Assembly: GCA_048938005.1 (NCBI GenBank)
Contig: JBHLMQ010000017.1
Location: 20,950 to 52,136, forward strand
DNA from: Promethearchaeota archaeon
GTDB taxonomy: Archaea; Asgardarchaeota; Lokiarchaeia; Sigyniarchaeales; SOKP01
Direction: 5' to 3'
Length of the DNA: 31,187 bases
In this document: in pieces, positions 26,192 through 31,187 of the stretch
Layout of the letters: every line of letters starts with the position of its first letter
Position numbering within the stretch: position 1 is the stretch's first letter
Program-made: the position numbers and the translations under genes
Notes under the pieces: generated by a model
What the model was told of the DNA's origin: nothing
What the model saw: the letters and a program-made list of their open reading frames with translations, nothing else
Databases searched by the model: none

Positions 26192-27178
26192 CTATAAATA
26201 ATTGGCTTCCTTTAAACTTTCATAAATCCTTTTTTTAACATCCGCGACTTCTGCTTTAAATTCTAATCCAGTAATTTTCTTATAACTTCTCATATACCTT
26301 TTTGCTAATTCTATTTTGATATCTTCGGAAATTGGAGGAATTTCTTCATCTTGTTTAATATCGGGAAAAATAGTGGGGTAAGTTTCCATAAGCCACCCTC
26401 TAAAAATTTCCTTATCTAAAATTTCTGGGGAGTCTCCTTTTTCAAATTTTTCATCATAAGTATCGAGGATCCAGAATCGAGATGAATCTTGAGTGTGTAT
26501 TTCGTCAATAACCATTAATTCGCCTTCTTTTAATCCAAATTCATATTTTGTGTCTACTAAGATAAGACCATTCTTTTCACAAAATTCTTGTCCAAATTTA
26601 AATAGTTTAAGCGCAGCCTCTTCCATCTCTTCATAAACGTCCTTTTCGACCATTCCTTTTTTTAAGATCTCTTTTTTCGAGAGGTATATATCATGCCCTG
26701 ATTCTGCTTTTGTAGAGGGTGTTATGAGTATCTCATCAAATTTTTGATTTTTTTTCATTCCTTTAGGAGGCATTATACCTGAAGTGGATTTCCCTTTGGT
26801 ATAATCACGCCACATACTTCCAGTTAGGTATCCTCTTGTAACCATTTCAACTGGAACTGTCTTACATTGATGAACGACAGCTACATTTGGATCCGGAGTA
26901 TCAATAACGTGATTTTTAACAATTTCTTTAGTTTTTTCAAACCAGAAGGATGAAACCTGATTTAACATTTGTCCTTTAAATGGAATTGTAGTTATTACTC
27001 TATCAAAAGCGCTCAGACGATCTGTTGCGATAATTATTCTTATATCTTTTTTTATATAATTATCTCTAACTTTCCCGCGATATAATTCCCCTAACTTAAA
27101 GAAATCTGTTTCTTTTAAGGTATAGTTTAATTGCTCCTTAATTATATTATCAATATTCTTAGCAACCATGGTAATCAT
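26192..27178 (-). CDS. purC: SAICAR synthetase (long form)
   Basis: GKVRDNY, TDRLSAFD, TPSTKA, LVDTKYEFG, DEIHTQDSSRFW. Confidence 0.97.
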   Translation of the reverse strand: MITMVAKNIDNIIKEQLNYTLKETDFFKLGELYRGKVRDNYIKKDIRIIIATDRLSAFDRVITTIPFKGQMLNQVSSFWFEKTKEIVKNHVIDTPDPNVAVVHQCKTVPVEMVTRGYLTGSMWRDYTKGKSTSGIMPPKGMKKNQKFDEILITPSTKAESGHDIYLSKKEILKKGMVEKDVYEEMEEAALKLFKFGQEFCEKNGLILVDTKYEFGLKEGELMVIDEIHTQDSSRFWILDTYDEKFEKGDSPEILDKEIFRGWLMETYPTIFPDIKQDEEIPPISEDIKIELAKRYMRSYKKITGLEFKAEVADVKKRIYESLKEANYL

Positions 27179-27231
27179 TAATAAAGAAACTCATAAAAAT
27201 CCTTATTATTAATAAAGAAATAAAAATTAGC

Positions 27232-27711
27232 TCAATCTACATCAACAGCTATTTTACATTTATTACATCTCCGTACTCCACGGAAAAGGGAATTCCCACA
27301 TTCAGGACATTGATATCTCATTTCCTCCTGTTCTACCCATTTTTCAGTGCCTAATTCTCTCCATTGTGGAATTGCTCTCATTATAACTTTTTTTCCAACA
27401 GCAATAGGGAATCTTTTAATATTCTTACATGGCCATTGATCACACTGATAACATCCTTCTAATTCTTTTTCTTTCACGCAACTCTTGATAGGACAAGTTT
27501 GACAGTATCCAAAGACAACTTCATCAGAAAGACAACCCAGGCATTGAATATCATCTATGGTTTCTGCAAAGGGTTTATACACGTTCATTAACTTTTCTTT
27601 AAGTTTAAGGTTGTTATCCCTATGGGCTATATATATCGCACATACACCACAATATAGTCCACATGGAGCTAATAGAGCTTTATTTATATCAGTCATATGA
27701 AATTCTCGCAA
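27232..27711 (-). CDS. DUF3795 Cys-rich protein with C-terminal zinc ribbon
   Basis: APCGLYCGVC, CLGC, CQTCPIKSC, CYQC-x-x-x-PC, CPEC...CNKC; start may be ATG 27696. Confidence 0.85.
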   Translation of the reverse strand: MREFHMTDINKALLAPCGLYCGVCAIYIAHRDNNLKLKEKLMNVYKPFAETIDDIQCLGCLSDEVVFGYCQTCPIKSCVKEKELEGCYQCDQWPCKNIKRFPIAVGKKVIMRAIPQWRELGTEKWVEQEEMRYQCPECGNSLFRGVRRCNKCKIAVDVD

Positions 27712-27713
27712 TT

Positions 27714-28088
27714 TTATTTTTTATAATAAATCCCATTATTAAATTCTTTACTTGAATATTTTGTTTTATTTTTTTCCATTTTTCTTATAAATATTTGACT
27801 TAAATCTAAGTCTAAAGCATTAATAAGACTTATAAGGTAAATAAATACATCTGCAATTTCATCAGAAATATTTCGTAGAAGTATATCATCAGACCATATA
27901 TCCTCTTTTGTGAAATCTTTAAATAATAATAACTGAGATAATTCTCCTGCTTCACAGTTTATAGCTTGAACCAAATTCTTTGGAGTGTGATATTTACTCC
28001 AATTACGATTTTCTACAAATTCTTTTACTTCATTTTTAAAAAAAGATATAGATGTATTTAGATCTTTATTTTCATTATTTTCATTCAT
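27714..28088 (-). CDS. MazG-like nucleotide pyrophosphohydrolase (DCTPP1-like)
   Basis: RNW-x-x-YHTPKNL, EAGEL, DEIADV, K-x-x-KN-x-x-KY. Confidence 0.92.
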   Translation of the reverse strand: MNENNENKDLNTSISFFKNEVKEFVENRNWSKYHTPKNLVQAINCEAGELSQLLLFKDFTKEDIWSDDILLRNISDEIADVFIYLISLINALDLDLSQIFIRKMEKNKTKYSSKEFNNGIYYKK

Positions 28089-28130
28089 AATAAATCAATG
28101 TTATATGATTAAGCTAAATATATGTAACAT

Positions 28131-28958
28131 TCACTTAAGTTTTCTAATAAAATTACATATTAATTCGTTAACTACATCTTTTCTTTGAGCAGGCGCGAAA
28201 TGTCCTGCCATATCAATGATTTCTAATGTAGAATTCGGAATCATTCTATGTAATTCTTCAGACATCTGCTCTGGAGCAAAATTATCAAGTCTTCCTCCAA
28301 TTATTAAAGTAGGACATTTAATTCCTGATGGATCATATTCCTTTATTTCATGTATCATTCGAAAAATTTGGTCTTCGATTTGCATGTATAATTTATCTTT
28401 TGTTAAATTTGATCCTACTAATGAATCAGATAAAGCAGTAATTATATATGGGATTGTTTTATCTAATATTTCTTCAACAGAATTAGCTAATACTTCTAAA
28501 AAATTCATTCGGATGAAATATGGAAGTAAATTATAAAATATATTTCTAACAACATTATCAATCATGATATATCCAGAATTCAATAAGATAAGAAATTTGA
28601 TATCTCCTGGGTGTTTCATTGTAAATAACTGACCAATCATCCCCCCAACAAGAGAATGCCCTATTATCCCACATTTTTCACTAATTTCTAAATGGTTTAA
28701 AAGATCTTCTAAATCTCGAATTATATCAAATCTAAGATTTTTTGAGAGATTTAATTCTTTGAGATGATCACTCCGACCATGCCCTAATGCGTCAAAAGCC
28801 AAAATCCTATAATTCTCTTTCAATATCTTTATTTGAGGTTTGAAAAAAGAAGCAGAAGACGCAAAACCATGAAGTAGAATAATTGTACAATTCTTTGAAT
28901 AAGGATTAATGTTTTCATAATAAAGATTATAACCCTCTTGGTTCTTGAAATAAGGCAT
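28131..28958 (-). CDS. Alpha/beta-fold hydrolase
   Basis: LLHGF, D-x-x-GHGRS, GHSLVGG nucleophile elbow, PTLIIGGRLD, AGH. Confidence 0.92.
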   Translation of the reverse strand: MPYFKNQEGYNLYYENINPYSKNCTIILLHGFASSASFFKPQIKILKENYRILAFDALGHGRSDHLKELNLSKNLRFDIIRDLEDLLNHLEISEKCGIIGHSLVGGMIGQLFTMKHPGDIKFLILLNSGYIMIDNVVRNIFYNLLPYFIRMNFLEVLANSVEEILDKTIPYIITALSDSLVGSNLTKDKLYMQIEDQIFRMIHEIKEYDPSGIKCPTLIIGGRLDNFAPEQMSEELHRMIPNSTLEIIDMAGHFAPAQRKDVVNELICNFIRKLK

Positions 28959-29085
28959 GTGAGATAGATACCTATAATATTCTATAATTTTTGAAATAAA
29001 AGATTCAAAAAATACTTTTCTAAATTTTAAAAATGAAATTGATAAAGCTCAATTCCAATAAAAAATAGTGATAAAGAAAAAATGA

Positions 29086-30558
29086 TTATAAATCTTTAGT
29101 TACTCGCTTCTTTCCGTAAATGTCAAGAAGAGCTGGCATAAAAATTCTATTTAATTTTTTATATAGTTTTGAATTTTCACTAATTGGAGTTTTAATTGTT
29201 GGAAATCTGACCATATTTTCAATAGCTTTCTCAATTGTATCATATCTCCTACATCCAAAAAATCCTAAGATAGCAGCACCCATAGCGGCACCATCTTTAA
29301 CCTCTGGCACTAATATTTGTTTTGAAGTCACATCAGCAAAAATTTGAGCTAATAAATCACTATTCATTCCTCCTCCATCAACTCTCAATTCAGTCGTAAT
29401 TACTCCGCCCATTGCTTCTGTCATTTGGAGATACATTCGAGCACCTAGAGCAGCAGTTTCCATTATTGCCCGTATCATATGTGCTCTAGTATGATTCCAA
29501 CCTAAACCGTGAAAAGTTCCTTTTCGGAATATAAATAAGGGAAGAAATAATAATCCTTCGCTCCCAGGTGCTACTGTAGCAGCTTCTTTAGCTAGTATAT
29601 CATAAACACTGATATTCTTCTCTTGACTCTCTTTAATTTGTAATTGCGAAAAATTTTCTGCAAACCATTTTAATGCAGTACCTGTTCCTGGAGTTATACC
29701 CTCAATATTCCATTTTCCCTTGATAACAGAAGGCAATGAAAAAATAGGAAAATCTCCAGCAGAATCAATAGGTTTGTCTACAACATAATCTAAAAATACA
29801 CCTGTTCCAGCAGTAGCTTTAACTTGGCCTTTCTGAATCACGCCTAACCCTAATGAAGAACATTGTTGATCTCCACCACCTAATATTACTGGAATATTTC
29901 TCTTTAAACCTAAAGCCTCAGCAGCAGTGCTAGTCAATTCACCAATGACTTCACCAGGATTATGTACTTCTGGCCATAATTCTATTGGTAGATCAAATGA
30001 TTCTGCTAATTCCTCATCCCATTTAAGTGTATTCCTATTTAAAATCCCGAAAACTCCATTTGTGGGGTCAGTAACACATTTCTCACATAATTTCATATAA
30101 ATATAGGTGTCAGGATGGATGATTTTCTCTGCTTTACTAAATAGATCTGGTTTATTATTCTTAATCCACAGTATTCTAGGAACTGATCTTCTAAGATCTA
30201 CTTCCCTTTTCCATTCTTTTGCTGTAGTCTCTTGTCTTTCATCTAACCATGTTAAAGCAGGATGGAGTACTTCTCCCTGCTTATCAATAATAGTAATTGT
30301 ACTGCGAAGAAATGTTGCTGATATACCAATAATATTTTCAGGACTAACTGTTGTTAACGCTTTATTACATGTATTTTTAACAGCATTCCACCAATTTATT
30401 GGATCTTGCTCTGAAATACCAACAGGTTGTTTAACAATAGGATATTCCTCATAAGCTTGTGTAATTACTTTACCGGTAATATCAAATATAATTGTTCTTG
30501 CTCCAGTAGTCCCAACATCAAATACACACATCATATCGCTCATATAATCACATAACAA
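29086..30558 (-). CDS. FGGY-family carbohydrate kinase (xylulokinase-like)
   Basis: DVGTTG, EQDP, GGGDQQ, APGSEGL, RVDGGG; start ambiguous (TTG 30558 or ATG 30543). Confidence 0.92.
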   Translation of the reverse strand: MLCDYMSDMMCVFDVGTTGARTIIFDITGKVITQAYEEYPIVKQPVGISEQDPINWWNAVKNTCNKALTTVSPENIIGISATFLRSTITIIDKQGEVLHPALTWLDERQETTAKEWKREVDLRRSVPRILWIKNNKPDLFSKAEKIIHPDTYIYMKLCEKCVTDPTNGVFGILNRNTLKWDEELAESFDLPIELWPEVHNPGEVIGELTSTAAEALGLKRNIPVILGGGDQQCSSLGLGVIQKGQVKATAGTGVFLDYVVDKPIDSAGDFPIFSLPSVIKGKWNIEGITPGTGTALKWFAENFSQLQIKESQEKNISVYDILAKEAATVAPGSEGLLFLPLFIFRKGTFHGLGWNHTRAHMIRAIMETAALGARMYLQMTEAMGGVITTELRVDGGGMNSDLLAQIFADVTSKQILVPEVKDGAAMGAAILGFFGCRRYDTIEKAIENMVRFPTIKTPISENSKLYKKLNRIFMPALLDIYGKKRVTKDL

Positions 30559-30599
30559 TGTTTTTAATAAATCTGATAATCAAAAATTTGAATTTTAAT

Positions 30600-31187
30600 T
30601 TATAATAATTTAATTAATAATTCAGATATATCTAGTATTTTATATTTTTCTTTCTCAGTATCTTCAATCCCATAACCTAATCCTAGCTCACAAAGAGGAC
30701 AAGCTGAGAGGATTATATTTGTTTCAGTTTCCTTTAATTCATTGATTCTATTCTGCGCTTCTCTAATAGCTAAATCTTTATCTGCCCAATGAGCAGTCCC
30801 ACTCCAACCACAACAATGTACATACTCCTTGTTAAATATTGGTTCAATTATTTCTAAATCAGGAATTTCATTCAGTACAGCTCTGATAGATTCCGTATCT
30901 TTTAGATTCCTTACTATAAGACAAGGATCGTGGATAGTAATCTTCCTGTATTCTTCTGGAATATTATTTGTAAAACATAAATCCCCATTATCTAGTAATT
31001 TTTTAAAGTATTGAGTAATATGTAGTATTTCCTTTTCGACATTAATTCCAACTTTCTGATATCTGTTAGTTAACGTTATTATACAACCAGGACAGTCAGA
31101 TACAATGATTGGAGCACCAGTAGTTTCAATAAGTTCTTTATTTTTATTCGCAAACTCTTTAGCAGTTGTTAGATCTCTTATATTAAA
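30600..31187 (-). CDS. CCG-domain Fe-S oxidoreductase (HdrD/GlpC-like), 5'-truncated by the window edge (not in ORF track)
   Basis: Manual translation: ...VSDCPGC...ILHITQY...TIHDPC...HCCGWSG...SACPLC...ILDISELLIKLL*; stop 30600-30602. Confidence 0.92.
   Translation of the reverse strand, partial: FNIRDLTTAKEFANKNKELIETTGAPIIVSDCPGCIITLTNRYQKVGINVEKEILHITQYFKKLLDNGDLCFTNNIPEEYRKITIHDPCLIVRNLKDTESIRAVLNEIPDLEIIEPIFNKEYVHCCGWSGTAHWADKDLAIREAQNRINELKETETNIILSACPLCELGLGYGIEDTEKEKYKILDISELLIKLL

Noticed and set aside
253-30454. Short antisense or alternate-frame ORFs (e.g. 253-543, 1225-1461, 2912-3142, 3563-3814, 4597-4812, 6321-6509, 10862-11137, 11620-11883, 14284-14550, 22189-22452, 28216-28536, 29120-29347, 30107-30454)
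   Set aside because: Shadows overlapping well-supported genes, with no motifs of their own
30829-31014. 61-aa plus-strand ORF
   Set aside because: Antisense to the partial CCG-domain gene on the minus strand

Overview
AT-rich archaeal chromosomal window. The archaeal-type uS13/uS4/uS11, split PurS/PurQ/PurL, oligo-T terminators and many lineage-specific proteins point to Asgard archaea, most likely Lokiarchaeia (inference, not a phylogeny). Housekeeping and metabolic content: rps13-rps4-rps11 (no rpoD after it), nadE, nagB-like deaminase, an orphan N6-adenine DNA methyltransferase, ZupT, a 2-oxoacid dehydrogenase E1 alpha/beta pair, an extended SDR, Gfo/Idh/MocA, PadR-Hsp20, ferredoxin-nitroreductase, HAD-IIA, purC and purSQL, DUF3795, a MazG-like pyrophosphatase, an alpha/beta hydrolase, an FGGY kinase and a partial CCG Fe-S protein. 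No rRNA, canonical tRNA, CRISPR or transposase was seen. Four coding regions are missing from the ORF track: 1620-1869 (frameshifted), 2225-2398, 12740-12898 and 30600-31187. Best leads: (1) a two-gene membrane operon pairing a CBS-4TM protein with an RGG-repeat/TM/GOLD-like/TM/double-zinc-ribbon protein; (2) a 472-aa protein ending in an ESCRT-I steadiness-box-like hairpin; (3) an unannotated CdrS/aCcr1-like RHH gene with three GTATT boxes at 11-bp spacing; (4) a tRNA-sized intergenic hairpin carrying tRNA-Ala acceptor identity elements. All reference-sequence comparisons are by eye, from memory, and need computational confirmation.
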